The position numbers and the translations under genes are program-made. This document shows, piece after piece, positions 32,690-46,200 of a DNA stretch of 64,000 nt. Under the pieces are notes generated by a model, which searched no databases, had not been told where the DNA came from, and worked only from the letters and a program-made list of their open reading frames with translations. Source of the stretch: Pristiophorus japonicus (lineage: Eukaryota); contig NC_091987.1 in the NCBI RefSeq assembly GCF_044704955.1, forward strand, positions 25,978,001-26,042,000. The letters run 5' to 3'. The number at the start of each line of letters is the position of its first letter. Position 1 is the first letter of the stretch.

Positions 32690-35600
32690 TTTGATTGGTG
32701 AGTAGTTTTTCTTTTTTCTCTTCTATAACAGTAAGTAAACTTTAGCATTGTTGCCAATTTAAGTGTATCTAAGAGTTAAGTCATGGCAGGAGAGCTCGGT
32801 CACATGATATGCTCCTCCTGTACCATGTGGGAACTCAGGGACACTTCTGGTGTCCCTGACAACTACGTGTGCGGGAAGTGTATCCACCTCCAGCTCCTGA
32901 CAGACCGCGTTGCGGAATTGGAGCTGAGGGTGGATTCACTCTGGAGCATCCACGATGCTTAGAATGACGTAAGAAGCACGTGTAGCGAGTTGGTCTTACC
33001 GCAGGTGAAGGGTCCACAGCCAGCTAGGGAATGGAAGACCAGCAGGAAGAGCAGTGCAAGGAAGGTAGTGCAGGGGTCCCCTGCGGTCATCCCCCTGTAA
33101 AACAGATACACCGTTTTGAGTACTGTTGAGGGGGATGACTCATCAGGGGAGGGCAGCAGCAGCCAAGTTCATGGCACTGTGGCTGGCTCTGCTGCACAGG
33201 AGGGCAGGAAAAAGAGTGGGAGAGCGATAGTGATAGGGGATTTGATTGTAAGGCGAATAGATAGGCGTTTCTGCGGCCGCAACCGAGACTCCAGGATGGT
33301 ATGTTGCCTCCCTGGTGCAAAGGTCAAGGATGTCTCGGAGCGGGTGCAGGACATTCTGAAAAGGGAGTGTGAACAGCCAGTTGTCATGGTGCACATTGGT
33401 ACCAACGATATAGGTTTTTAAAAAAAAGGGATGTGGTCCTACGAGACGAATTTAAGGAGCTAGGAGCGAAATTAAAACGTAGGACCTCAAAAGTAGTAAT
33501 CTCAGGATTGCTACCAGTACCACGTGCTAGTCAGAGTAGGAATCGCAGGATAGCTCCGATGAATACGTGGCTTAAGCAGTGGTGCAGCAGCGAGGGATTC
33601 AAATTCCTGGGGCATTGCAATTAGTTCTGGGGGAGGTGGGACCAGTAAAAACCAGACGGTCTGCACCTAGGCAGGACCGGAACCAATGTCCTTGGGGGAG
33701 TGTTTGCTAGTGCTGTTGGGGAGGAGTTAAACTAATATGGCAGGGGGATGGGAACCAATGCAGGGAGACAGAGGGAAACAAAAAGGAGACAAAAGCAAAA
33801 GACAGAAAGGAGATGAGTAAAAGTGGAGGGCAGAGAAACCCAAGGCAATAAACAAAAAGGGCCACTGAATATAAAGGGGCTGCAGGAGGGGTCAAAACTA
33901 AAAATCATGCTTTAAAAACCAGTATTAAAACACTCTACCTAAATGCACACAGCATTCGAAATAAAGTAAATGAGTTGACGGCACAAATCATTACAAATGG
34001 ATATGATTTAGTGGCCATTACAGAAACGTGGTTGCAGGGTGACCAAGACTGGGAATTAAACATACAGGGGTATCTGACGATTCGGAAAGATAGACAAGAA
34101 GGAAAAGGAGGTGGGGTAGCTCTGTTAATAAAGGATGATATCAGGGCAGTTGTGAGAGACGATATTGGCTCTAATGAACAAAATGTTGAATCATTGTGGG
34201 TGGAGATTAGAGATAGCAAGGGGAAAAAGTCACTGGTGGGCGTAGTTTATAGGCCCCCAAATAATAACTTCATGGTGGGGCGGGCAATAATCAAGGGAAT
34301 AATGGAGGCATGTGAAAAATGAATGGCAGTAATCATGGGGGATTTTAACCTACATATCGATTGGTCAAATCAAATCGCACGGGGTAGCCTTGAGGAGGAA
34401 TTCATAGAATGCATACGGGATTGTTTCTTAAACAGTATGTTACAGAACCTACAAGACAGCAAACTATCTTGGATCTGGTCCTGTGTAATTAGACAGGAAT
34501 AATAAACGATCTCCTAGTAAAAGATCCTCTCGGAATGAGTGATCACAGTATGGTTGAATTTGTGATACAGATTGAGGGTGAGGAAGTAGTGTCTCAAACG
34601 AGTGTACTATGCTTAAACAAAGGGGACTACAGTGGGATGAGGGCAGAGTTGGTTAAAGTAGACTGGAAACACAGACTAAATGGTGGCACAATTGAGGAAC
34701 AGTGGAGGACATTTAAGAAGCTCTTTCATACTGCTCAACAAAAATATATTCCAGTGAAAAAGAAGGGCGGTAAGAGAAGGTATAACCAGCCGTGGATAAC
34801 CAAGGATATAAAGGAGAGTACCAAATGAAAAACCAATGCGTATAAGGTGGCCAAGGTTAGTGGGAAAATAGAAGATTGGGAAAATTTTAAACGACAGCAA
34901 AGAATGACTAAGAAAGCAATAAAGAAAGGAAAGATAGATTACAAAGGTAAACTTGCGCAAAACATAAAGACGGATAGTAAAATCTTTTACAGATATATAA
35001 ATCGGAAAAGAGTGACTAAAGTAAATGCTGGTCCCTTAGAAGATGAGAAGGGGGATTTAATAATTGGAAATGTGGAAATGGCTGAGACCTTAAACAATTA
35101 TTTTGCTTCGGTCTTCACAGTGGAAGACACAAAACCATGCCAAAAATTGCTGGTCACGGGAATGTGGGAAGGGAGGACGTTGAGACAATCACTATCACTC
35201 AGGGGGTAGTGCTGGACAGGCTAATGGGACTCAAGGTAGACAAGTCCCCAGGTCCTGATGAAATGCATCCCAGGGTATTAAAAGAGATGGCGGAAGTTAT
35301 AGCAGATGCATTCGTTATAATCTACCAACATTCTCTGGACTCTGGGGAAGTACCAGCGGATTGGAAAGCAGCTAATGTAACACCTCTGTTTAAAAAAGGG
35401 GGCAGACAAAAGGCAGGTAACTATAGGCCGGTTAGTTTAATATCTGTAGTGGGGAAAATGCTTGAAACTATCATTAAGGAAGAAATAGCGGGACATCTAG
35501 ATAGGAATAGTGCAATCAAGCAGACACAGCATGGATTCATGAAGGGGGAATCATTTTTAACTAATTTAGTGGAATTCTTTGAGGATATAACGAGCATGGT

Positions 35601-36119
35601 GGATAGAGGTGTACCGATGGATGTGGTGTATTTAGATTTTCAAAAGGCATTCGATAAGGTGCCACACAAAAGGTTACTGCAGAAGATAAAGATACGCGGA
35701 GTCACAGGAAATGTATTAGCATGGATAGAGAATTATCTGGCGTACAGAAAGCAGAGAGTTGGGATAAATGGATCCTTTTCGGGTTGGAAATCGGTGGTTA
35801 GTGGTGTGCCACAGGGATCGGTGATGGAACCACAACTGTTTACAATATACATAGATGACCTGGAAGAGGGGGCAGAGTGTAATGTAACAACATTTGCAGA
35901 TGACACAAAGATTAGTGGGAAAGCGGGTTGTGCAGAGGGCAAAGAGACTTAAGTAGGATAAGCGAATGGGCTAAGGTATGGCAGATGGAATACAATGTCG
36001 GAAAATGTGAGGTCATCCACCTTGGGGAAAGAAAACAGGAAAAGGAAATATTATTTGAATGGGGAGAAATTACAACATGCCGCGGTGCAGAGGGACCTGG
36101 GGGTCCTTGTGGATGAAAC
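32690..36119 (+). mobile_element. Long decayed CR1 LINE (ORF1 and ORF2 up to the end of RT), interrupted at 36119 by the Tx1 array
   Basis: ORF1 from 32783 (MAGELGHMICSSCTMWE; esterase-like IVIGD..VHIGTND); ORF2 endonuclease (AITETW, VYRPP, SDH) and RT (LDFQKAFD, GVPQGS, FADD); stops at QRDLGVLV. Confidence 0.93.
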
Positions 36120-39100
36120 TCTTTTCGAGTCTACCTATAAAACATAAAACATTAAACCGTGCCACCCGACCTGGATGACACACCAGACATTTACAAGGCA
36201 CTTTTTTTTTTTTTTGTGTTTTTCTTTTTTTTGGTTTTTTTTTTTGGGCACTAAAATCACCTTTTTTCCCCAGTGCTCCCTATAAAAGGGAAGGGGACAC
36301 TAAAAGCACCGGCAATTAAAACAAATTAAACTTTAAAACGTAAAATCAAATTAAAATTTGGTTGCCGGGCGTGATGATGCACTCCAGTCCCTCCGGTGCC
36401 CATCTCTCGCGGAAGGCCGCGAGCGTACCGGTGGACACGGCGTGCTCCATCTCCAAGGACACCCTGGACCAGATGTAAGAGCGGAAGAGACGCAGGCAGT
36501 CAGGTTGAACGACCCCCTCGATCGCCCGCTGCCTGGGCCGGCTGATGGCTCCCTTGGCCGTGCCCAGGAGCAGTCCTACGAGGAGGCCTTCAGACCTACC
36601 CGCTCCCCTCCGCACAGGGTGCCCAAAGATCAGGAGAGTGGGACTGAAGTGCAGCCAGAATTTCAGGAGCAGCCCCTTCAAATAATGGAACAGGGGCTGC
36701 AACCTTGTGCACTCAATTAAAAACATGGAACACGGACTCCTCCAGACCGCAGAAATTGCAGGCGGCCTGGGAGTCCGTGAACCAGCTTAAAAATTTATTG
36801 CACGGCACTGCTCCGCGCACCACCCTCCAGGCCAAGTCCCCGATGAATAGTGGGAGGACCCCTGCGTAGAGTGCCCTCCATCGGGGACCCCCGCCTCCTC
36901 CGGACGGCAAGATGGTACGCCATGGCGTGTCCGGACGGCAGGCGAGGATGGCAAAGTTGAGAGTGTGCAGGAGCAGCCCGTACAGGAAACCCCTCCGCGC
37001 GGAACTGAAAGGCACGGAGGGGATTTCCCCGAGGCGGCTCAAGTTGTGAGGCGCCGGCCCCCGAGGGAGGTTCCGGGGTTTGGCGCCGATGAGGAATTCC
37101 GTCCGGACGAGGGTCAGTTCGGACGGGATCTCCCCACGTGCTTGAGCCTCCTCGTTGCACCTAAGAGTCAGGGCCCAAGGCTGTTTTTAGCGACTCGATG
37201 GCTTTGGCCGCGCGGCGGACGTCGGCTGAATTTAGGCGCCGCGCCAGCGTGCGTGGCGCCATCCAGCCCGCTCCTCCGCCATCGAGCAGGTCCCTGACCC
37301 TGGTCACCTCACCAGCCACAGCCCTCTCTTCCGACCGTCACATAAAACCTCGGTCGTGGAGGTACGGATTCCCGAGCAGCGGCTCCTGCAGGACAGCCGC
37401 CACTCCAGCCGGCGGAGAGCTGCACTTGGTGGAGACTTTGTTCCAGACCCTGATGAGGTCCCTGTAAAAGACAGGCAGCTCCCAGAGGGCGGTCCTGACA
37501 CCCCCCAAGTTCACAAACAGGAGCTGCGTGTCGTAGTTGAGGTCGCGCTGCTGGCGGAAGAAATACGTCGCCAGAGCACACCACCTAGGAGGGGGCTCGA
37601 CGTAAAGATATCTCTGCAGGGTCTGAAGACGGAAAGTCGCGAGCTGGGCGCTGACGCACACCAACGACTGACCGCCCTCCTCAAGCGGGAGACTCAAGAC
37701 CACGGCAGAGACCCAGTGCTTCCTGTTGTTCCAGAAGAAGTCCACCAGCTTCTTCTGTATCTTGGCGACAAACGCAGGGGGAGGGGTCAAAGTGACCAGC
37801 CGGTACCACAGCATTGCGGCCACCAGCTGGTTTATGACTAGCGCTCGACCCCTGTAGGACAGCACTCGGAGCAGTCCTGTCCAGCGCCCTAGGCGAGCGG
37901 CGACCTTGGCCTCCAGCTCCTGCCAGTTCGCCGGCCAGGCTCCCTCGTCGGGGCTAAGGTAGACTCCCAGATAGAGGAGATGGGTCGTGCTCCAGGCAAA
38001 AGGCCTGAGCTCCTCCGGCAGGGAGTCCACCCGCCACTGACCCACCAGGAGTCCGGAACATTTCTCCCAGTTGATTCTGGTGGAGGATGCGGCCGAGTAA
38101 ATCTCTTGGCACTCACGCATCCTCCGCAGGTCAGCGGGATCCTCTACCGCGAGGAGCACGTCATCGGCGTAAGCCGAGAGGACGACCTCCACGCCCGGCC
38201 CTTGCAGAGCCAGTCCCGTCAACCTCGTCCGCAAGAGGCGCAGGAAAGGCTCCACGCAGACGACATATAACTGGCCGGACATGGGGCATCCCTGGTGCAC
38301 CCCTCTCCTAAAGCGAAGGGGCGCCGTCAAGGACCCGTTAACCTTAATCAGACACTCCGCGGCGGCGTACAAAAGTCGGATCCGGGCGACAAAATGCGTC
38401 CCGAACCCGAAAGCGCGCAGAGTTCCGAGCAGATAGTCGTGATCCACCCTGTCGAACGCCTTCTCTTGGTCGAGGGATAGGACGGCGACCGACAGACAAG
38501 CCTCCTGGGAACAATGGATGAGGTCCCGGACCAGATGGATGTTATCGTGGATTGTCCAGCCCGGGACCGTGTAGGACTGGTCGGGGTGGATCATGTGGTC
38601 CAGCATGGCACCAAGGCGAGCAGACATCGCCCTGGTGAAGATTTTGTAGTCCGTGCTGAGGAGGGAGACCGGGCACCAGTTCTTAAGGAGGCGGAGATCC
38701 CCCTTCTTAGGCAGCAGGACGATGACTGCCCTGCGCCAAGAGAGGGACATCTCCCCAGTCGCCAGACTTTCCCCCAGGACCCGCGCGTAGTCGCTCCCCA
38801 GGACATCCCAGAACGTCCTGTGGAACTCCACGGTCAGCCCGTCCAGCCCCGGGGATTTTCTCCTCGAGAGCCGGTCGAGGGCACCGGTCAGCTCCGCCAG
38901 GCTTAGCGGAGCTTCCAGATTTTCGGCGCCCTCCCACAAAACTCTACGCGCTTCCTCGCTGGACGGATCCGGAGAGAACAGAGCCCCGTAATATTCACAG
39001 GCCCTGTTGTTGACGCCCTCCGGATCCGAGACGAGAGAGCCGTCGTCGGCCAGCAGCGTCAAGAGCTGCTTACGGACACTCTGCCTTTTTTCCAGCGAGT

Positions 39101-42100
39101 AGAAGAAGGGGGAGCCGCGGTCCAGATCCCGCAGGAACCGGATCCGCGACCTCACGAACGGGCCTCGGGACCCGACGAGCTGCAGGTCCTTCAGCGCGGC
39201 CTTCTTCGCTTCGTACACCGTCCGCAGGGCCGGGTCCTCGACGACTTGACCGAGACGGGACTCTAGGTCGAGCACCTCTTTTTCTAGGCGCCCGATCCTG
39301 GCCGCCCGTCTCTTGGTCGACCCCCTCGCGTACTCTTGACAGAAGCCGCGGACGTGAGCCTTGCCCACGTCCCACCATAGCCTCAAGGAGGGGAAGCCCC
39401 CCTGCTTCCTTCTCCAGTCGGACCAGAATCGACGGAACGAGTCCTGGAACCGCACGTCCTCCAGCAGCCGGTTGTTAAAGTGCCAGTACGCGGACCCCGT
39501 CCTCGCGCGGATCGAAGCGAGCTCCGCCCACACCAGGTGGTGGTCCGAACACGGCACCGGCCGCATGGAGGCCACCGGGACGCAGGAAACATACGCCCGA
39601 GACACGTAAAGGCGGTCGACTCTAGACCATCCTACTCCAGGCCTCACCCAAGTAAAGGCGCTGGAGTCGGGGTGGAGATTTCGCCAGACGTCCACCAAGT
39701 CGAAGGACCCGACCAGGTCCCTCAACTTCTCCATCGCCGTCATGCACTGCGGGGCACCGGAGCGGTCCCTCGCCTCGAGGGTGCAGTTAAAATCCCCCCC
39801 AAGGACAATGCAGTCGCCGACGTCGACGGAGCCAAGAAGAGCGGACACCTCTTCAAAGAAGCGTGTTTGCTGCGGGCCGGGCTGAGGGGCATACACGTTC
39901 ACGAGATGGAGCGGCACGTCCCCCAGACGAACCGTTACGTGCAGCAAGCGGCCTGGCATGGGCTCCTCGACCCCCAAGATCTCCGGCTGAAAATGCGGGC
40001 CCAGCAAGATGGCCACCCCACTAGAAATGGCGGTGAGGTGGCTCATGCGGACCTCTCCTTGCCATTCCAGGAGCCACGTGGCTTCGTCTCCCGGAACGGT
40101 GTGGGTTTCTTGCAGGAAGCACACCGCATATTTCCCCTCCCGCAGGAGCGAAAAATTGTCAAATCTACGGCGTGCCCCTCTGCCGCCGTTGATGTTGAGG
40201 CTGGCTATGGTTATCTTCATGGCAAAAGCATAGTGCAACCTCTACCTTAACCTATTGTGGGGGAGGGAGCGGAGTCTTTTGTTGAACTCCGCTCCCTCCG
40301 CAGCCCAGTGAGGAGTCCCTCGAGCTCGCGCAGCTCAAGTTGTTGCGCCTTTGTCAAGGGCCCGCCCGCGGCCAAGGTTTTAACGGCGGCGCGGACGGAC
40401 CCCTTGATCAGCTCTGGCTCGGACCATTTTTCCAGGGCCAGTCGGGCTTGGTTGCAGCGACCCCGGCTCTGGGCCAAAAAGTCCCGGAGTTCCTTTGCAG
40501 GAATGAGGATGGTCTCGGCGGTGGCCACGAGCAGATCCACCGCCTCGCTGGCGGTGGTCTCTAGATTTTCTCCCGCGTCCCCCACCGAGTCCCCGTCCTC
40601 CTCCGGGAGGTGGCCACCAGCAGCCGGCCCATCGACCGCACAAGGTACGGCAAATGAACCAGCCGCTCCAACCGGCCCTGGCTCTGCCCCGATCCCACCC
40701 CCAGGATCGTCGGCAGAGGAGTCCCCACTGGGCTCTTTTAAAAATGGTGCTGGGTCGGGAAATGACAGCGGAAGGGGTTCCCCCTCCGCCCCAGGAACCG
40801 GGGAACAAGGAGAGACCCGGCCATAGGAAATCCCCAGGCTCCCCAAGTGCTCCAGCTCCAAGGTAAGGGGCGAGGGTGGGTGTTCCTCCCCCTCCCCGCT
40901 GCCACCCCCCGGCCCAGCATCGACAGTGTCATTAAAATTCTTGATAATTTCGGTTTCTGCCGGGTCGAGCGACTCCCGGGGGAAGTTGATTAATAGCTGG
41001 GCGGGCTCAGGTTCGGCCTTTTCGGCCCCACCCGCCTCAGTCCCCGGGACGCCCGGCCCGGCGGCAATGCATTCCTCCGCGGTCCCCACGCCCCCCACGA
41101 CAGGCAGATCTTCCACGCCATCCGCGGGAGGCAGAGGCTGGGCAGCCTCGACTGTCTCATCCTCCCCGGGGACAGACTCCTCCCACCTACGGCGCTGCTT
41201 GGGGGCGCTGGTGGGGGACGCGGGACACGCGGCGGGCACCGACTCCTCCGCGGAGGGATGTTGCTCCCCCTCCGCCTCAACGGAGCGGCGCCTCCTTTTG
41301 TTGCTGGAGGTGCGCTGAGGCAGGGAGACCTCCATGTCTGCCGAGGCCTCCCGCTCCGCCCCCCCCTTTTCCTTTCCTTTCCCGTGCCCGGGCCCCTCCG
41401 TGGTGTTGTTCAAGGGCTCGGGCATGGGCTCAGGGCACCCCGCGCTCGCCGGTGACTGGGTTGGGCTGAGCGCGGTGGTCAAACTTTCCGGCGCACTGAG
41501 GGGACCCGCCTCTAGATGTCTCGTCTTCTTCCGCGCCGCCTTTTCGATCGGACGCTCTCCCTCCCCCCCGCCGGAGTCCGTGAAAACAAAGGCCCCCGAC
41601 GATGCCCGCGCACCTACGGCTCCCGGCACGCGGACGCAACTAGGGGGAGGGGTGGCGGCGGCGCCAGCCTTGGCCGCCCTCGGTGGTTTGGCGGCCTTGG
41701 AGGCGGGGCAGTTCTTGCGAATGTGCCCCACCTCTCTGCAGGCATGGCACCGCACGCCGTCCGATGTCCAGAAGACACGGTAGGCAGTCCCCTCGTGCAC
41801 CACATTGAAATTTCCCTCCGTCGTCTCCTCCCGCGCCAGCCGGACAAAGAGCTGGCGGCGGAAGGAGAACACGTGGCGCAGGCTGTTCTCCCTGAGGCCG
41901 AGCGGTATGGGGTTGATCCCTGACCTTACCTCCCCCAGTTGTTGTAGGTGAGGGAGGAGGAGCTCAGCGGGAACAAAGGGCGGGACGTTTGAAACGATGA
42001 CCCTCTGCGCGGTGGCCTCGAGAGGGTCCACCGGCAGGAACGTCCCGCCCTCCGTGAGCCCCTTTTCGAGGGCCAGGGACACCGCCCGCTCCGACCCCAG

Positions 42101-43282
42101 GAAGAACACGGCCTTTCCAGACACCTTGGAGGCTGCGACAATGGCCGAGGGGCCGACTACCCCAGCCATCGCCCACACGCACTCCTCGATGCTCATTGTG
42201 GGGTGAGTGTAGCTCTTGACCCCGTGTTTTTTTGTAATAAGTCGAAAAGGTGGCAGGGCAGCGGGTGGCGCAGGAGGTGCCGATAAGCGGTTGCCACCTG
42301 CGCATACGTCCTTGCTGGCCCCGCCACCGGCGTGGATGGGGTCGCCATCACGGGGTCCCTTTAAGGGCTACACCCACCCCAAAGTCACAGGCCTTAATGG
42401 TCTTAATTGGCCTCTTGTCTAAAGACTGAGCAGAGGAGTTCTTAACGAGGCACAGCTCTCCCCTAGTTGGCAATTGGGGAGGGGCCTTGCTCCCTCTGCT
42501 CAGTTGTCTCAATTGTTTTTTTTTTAAATTAATTTGGGAGAAAGGGGTCTCAGAGAGAGAGGGGAGAAACAGAGTAACAGAGAAAGAGAGAGGGGAGTGG
42601 GAAGGGGGGGGGGACTGCGAGGGCAGGTCTCCCCTCGCAGCTGTGGGTGGGTGCAATCCCCAGATGGCAAAACACACAATAGTCTTTGTGGTGGTCTTCA
42701 GGTGAGGGGAGAAGATGTCTTCACCTGGGGCAGCTGGAGCCACCAGGCACACACTCCTAACGATGTTAAAATGGGTATTTAAAGAAAATAAATCTTCAGC
42801 CTGGTAGCTCCAGCTATCCCAGGCGAGGCAATTGGGGGGAGGGGGGTCCAATTGTGTGTGGGGCCTAGTTGTAAGCAAGGCCCCCACACACACTTTCCAC
42901 ACACACACACCCCCCGCGATGTTCCGGCCCTCAGTGGTCTTCTTTCCTCCCCCCACCGATATAACAAAGTCTTTTTGGGAAATGCACCCACACCCACCTG
43001 TAGAAATGGTAGAGTCTCCCTCCTTCCACACTGGATGTTTGTTGTTGGTCTTTCCCCCTCTCTCCAACTCTTTGCAGAAATGATAAAAGGTTAAAAGTTT
43101 TCTGCTTTTTCCTCCTCTCCCTCTGGGTGAAAGTTGGTGGTGAAGCCCCTTCCTTCCTTCTCTTGCTGGGCTGTTCTCGGGGCTCTCCAGGCCTTCCCAA
43201 CAGGAGCTAAGGTTGGTAGCTGCTCCTCTCTCAGCAGCAGGGCTCCAATTGAATAGGCCACGCCTCCACTGCTCCAGCATTG
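36120..43282 (-). mobile_element. Tx1-clade non-LTR retrotransposon, copy 1 (full length, most decayed)
   Basis: ORF1 40247-~42348 with a 5' frameshift; ORF2 36346-40220 with an 8-codon deletion near 38930, a TGA at 37338 and further frameshifts. Confidence 0.93.
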
Positions 43283-43293
43283 GTGCATGAAAC

Positions 43294-46200
43294 GCTTTTA
43301 GAGTCTACCTGCAAAAACATAAAACATTAAACCGTGCCACCCGACCTGGGTGACACACCAGACATTTACAAGGCCCTTTTTTCCTTTTTTTTTGTGTTTT
43401 TCATTTTTTTTGGGTTTTTTTTTTGGGGCGCTAAAATCACATTTTTCCAGTGCCCCCTATAAAAGGGAAGGGGACACTAAAAGCACCGGCAATTAAAACA
43501 AATTAAACTTTAAAACGTAAAATCAAATTAAAATTTGGTTGCCGGGCGTGATGATGCACTCCAGTCCCTCCGGTGCCCACCTCTCGCGGAAGGCCGCGAG
43601 CGTACCGGTGGACACCGCGTGCTCCATCTCCAAGGACACCCTGGACCGGATGTAAGAGCGGAAGAGAGGCAGGCAGTCAGGTTGAACGACCCCCTCGACC
43701 GCCCGCTGCCTGGACCGGCTGATGGCACTCTTGGCCGTGCCCAGGAGCAGTCCTACGAGGAGGCCCTCGGACCTACCCGCTCCCCTCCGCACAGGGTGCC
43801 CAAAGATCAGGAGAGTGGGACTGAAGTGCAGCCAGAATTTCAGGAGCAGCCCCTTCAAATAATGGAACAGGGGCTGCAACCTTGTGTACTCAATAAAAAC
43901 ATGGAACACGGACTCCTCCAGACCGCAGAAATTGCAGGCGGCCTGGGAGTCCGTGAACCGGCTTAAAAATTTGTTGCACGGCACTGCTCCGTGCACCACC
44001 CTCCAGGCCAAGTCCCCGATGAATAGTGGGAGGACCCCTGCGTAGTGCCCTCCATCGGGGACCCCCGCCTCCTCCGGATGGCAAGATGGTACGCCATGGC
44101 GTGTCCGGACGGCAGGCGAGGATGGCAAAGTTGAGAGTGTGCAGGAGCAGCCCGTACAAGAAACCCCTCCGCGCGGAACTGAAAGGCACGGAGGGGATTT
44201 CCCCGAGGCGGCTCAAGTTGTGAGGCGCCGGCCCCCGAGGGAGGTTCCGGAGTTTGGCGCTGATGAGGAATTCCGTCCGGACGGGGGTCAGTTCGGACGG
44301 GATCTCCCCACGTGCTTGAGCCTCCTCGATGCACCTAACGGAGTCAGGGCCCAGAGCTGTTTTTAGCGACTCGATGGCATCGGCCGCGTGGCGGACGTTG
44401 GCAGAATTTAGGCGCCGCGCCAGCGTGTCTGGCGCCATCCAGCCCGCTCCTCCGCCATCGAGCAGGTCCCTGACCCTGGTCACCTCACCAGCCACAGCCC
44501 TCTCTTCCGACCACCAGATAAAACCTCGGTCGTGGAGGTACGGATTCCCGAGCAGCGGCTCCTGCAGAACAGCCGCCACTCCAGCCGGCGGAGAGCTGCG
44601 CTTGGTGGAGACTTTGTTCCAGACCCTGATGAGGTCCCTGTAAAAGACAGGCAGCTCCCGGAGGGCGGTCCTGATACCCCCCAAGTTCACAAACAGGAGC
44701 TGCATGTCGTAGTTGAGGTCGCGCTGCTGGCGGAAGAAATACCTCGCCAGAGCACACCACCTAGGAGGGGGCTCGACGTAAAGGTATCTCTGCAGGGTCT
44801 GAAGACGGAAAGTCGCGAGCTGGGCGCTGACGCACACCAACGACTGACCGCCCTCCTCAAGCGGGAGACTCAAGACCGCGGCAGAGACCCAGTGCCTCCT
44901 GTTCCAGAAGAAGTCCACCAGCTTCTTCTGTATCTTGGCGACAAACGCAGGGGGAGGGGTCAAAGTGACCAGCCGGTACCACAACATTGCGGCCACCAGC
45001 TGGTTTATGACTAGCGCTTGACCCCTGTAGGACAGCACTTGGAGCAGTCCTGTCCAGCGCCCTAGGCGAGCGGCGACCTTGGCCTCAAGCTCCTGCCAGT
45101 TCGCCGGCCAGGCTCCCTCGTCGGGGCTAAGGTAGACTCCCAGATAGAGGAGATGGGTCGTGCTCCAGGCAAAAGGCCTGAGCTCCTCCGGCAGAGAGTC
45201 CACCCGCCACTGACCCACCAGGAGTCCGGAACATTTCTCCCAGTTGATCCTGGCGGAGGACGCGGCCGAGTAAATCTCCTGGCACTCTCGCATCCTCCGC
45301 AGGTCAGCGGGATCCTCTACCGCGAGGAGCACGTCATCGGCGTAAGCCGAGAGGACGACCTCCACGCCCGGCCCTTGCAGAGCCAGTCCCGTCAACATCG
45401 TCCGCAAGAGGCGCAGGAAAGGCTCCACGCAAACGGCGTATAACTGGCCGGACATGGGGCATCCCTGGCGCACCCCTCTCCTAAAGCGAAGGGGCGCCGT
45501 CAAGGACCCGTTAACCTTAATCAGACACTCCGCGGCGGCATACAAAAGTCGGATCCGGGCGACGAAATGCGTCCCGAACCCGAAAGCGCGCAGAGTTCCG
45601 AGCAGATAGTCGTGATCCACCCTGTCGAACGCCTTCTCTTGGTCGAGGGATAGGAAGACGACCGACAGACCAGCCGCTGGGAACAATGGATGAGGTCCCG
45701 GACCAGATGGATGTTATCGTGGATTGTCCGGCCCGGGACCGTGTAGGACTGGTCGGGGTGGATCATGTGGTCCAGCACGGCACCAAGGCGAGCAGACATC
45801 GCCCTGGCGAAAATTTTGTAGTTCGTGCTGAGGAGGGAGACCGGGCGCCAGTTCTTAAGGAGGCGGGGATCGCCCTTCTTAGGCAGCAGGACGATGACTG
45901 CCCTGCGCCAAGAGAGGGGCATCTCCCCGGTCGCCAGACTTTCCCCCCGACCCGCGCGTAGTCGCCCCCCACGACGTCCCAGAACGCCCTGTGGAACTCC
46001 ACGGTCAGCCCGTCCAGCCCCGGGGATTTTCCCCTCGAGAGCCGGTCGAGGGCACCGGTCAGCTCCGCCAGGCTTAGCGGAGCTTCCAGATTTTCGGCGC
46101 CCTCCGGGCTGACCTTCGGCAGGTCCTCCCACAAAACTCTACGGGCTTCCTCGCTGGACGGATCCGGAGAGGACAGAGCCCCGTAATATTCACGGGCCCT

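Noticed and set aside
42348-43280. 310-aa ORF in the Tx1 5' UTR (possible ORF0)
   Set aside because: The frame is broken by indels in copies 2 and 3; only the first ~50 codons are shared.
43265-43290. CTCCAGCATTGGTGCA resembles the 3' end of U2 snRNA, which would suggest a Keno-like U2 target
   Set aside because: The match is short and imperfect, no other U2 sequence is present, and the junction motif is explained by CR1.
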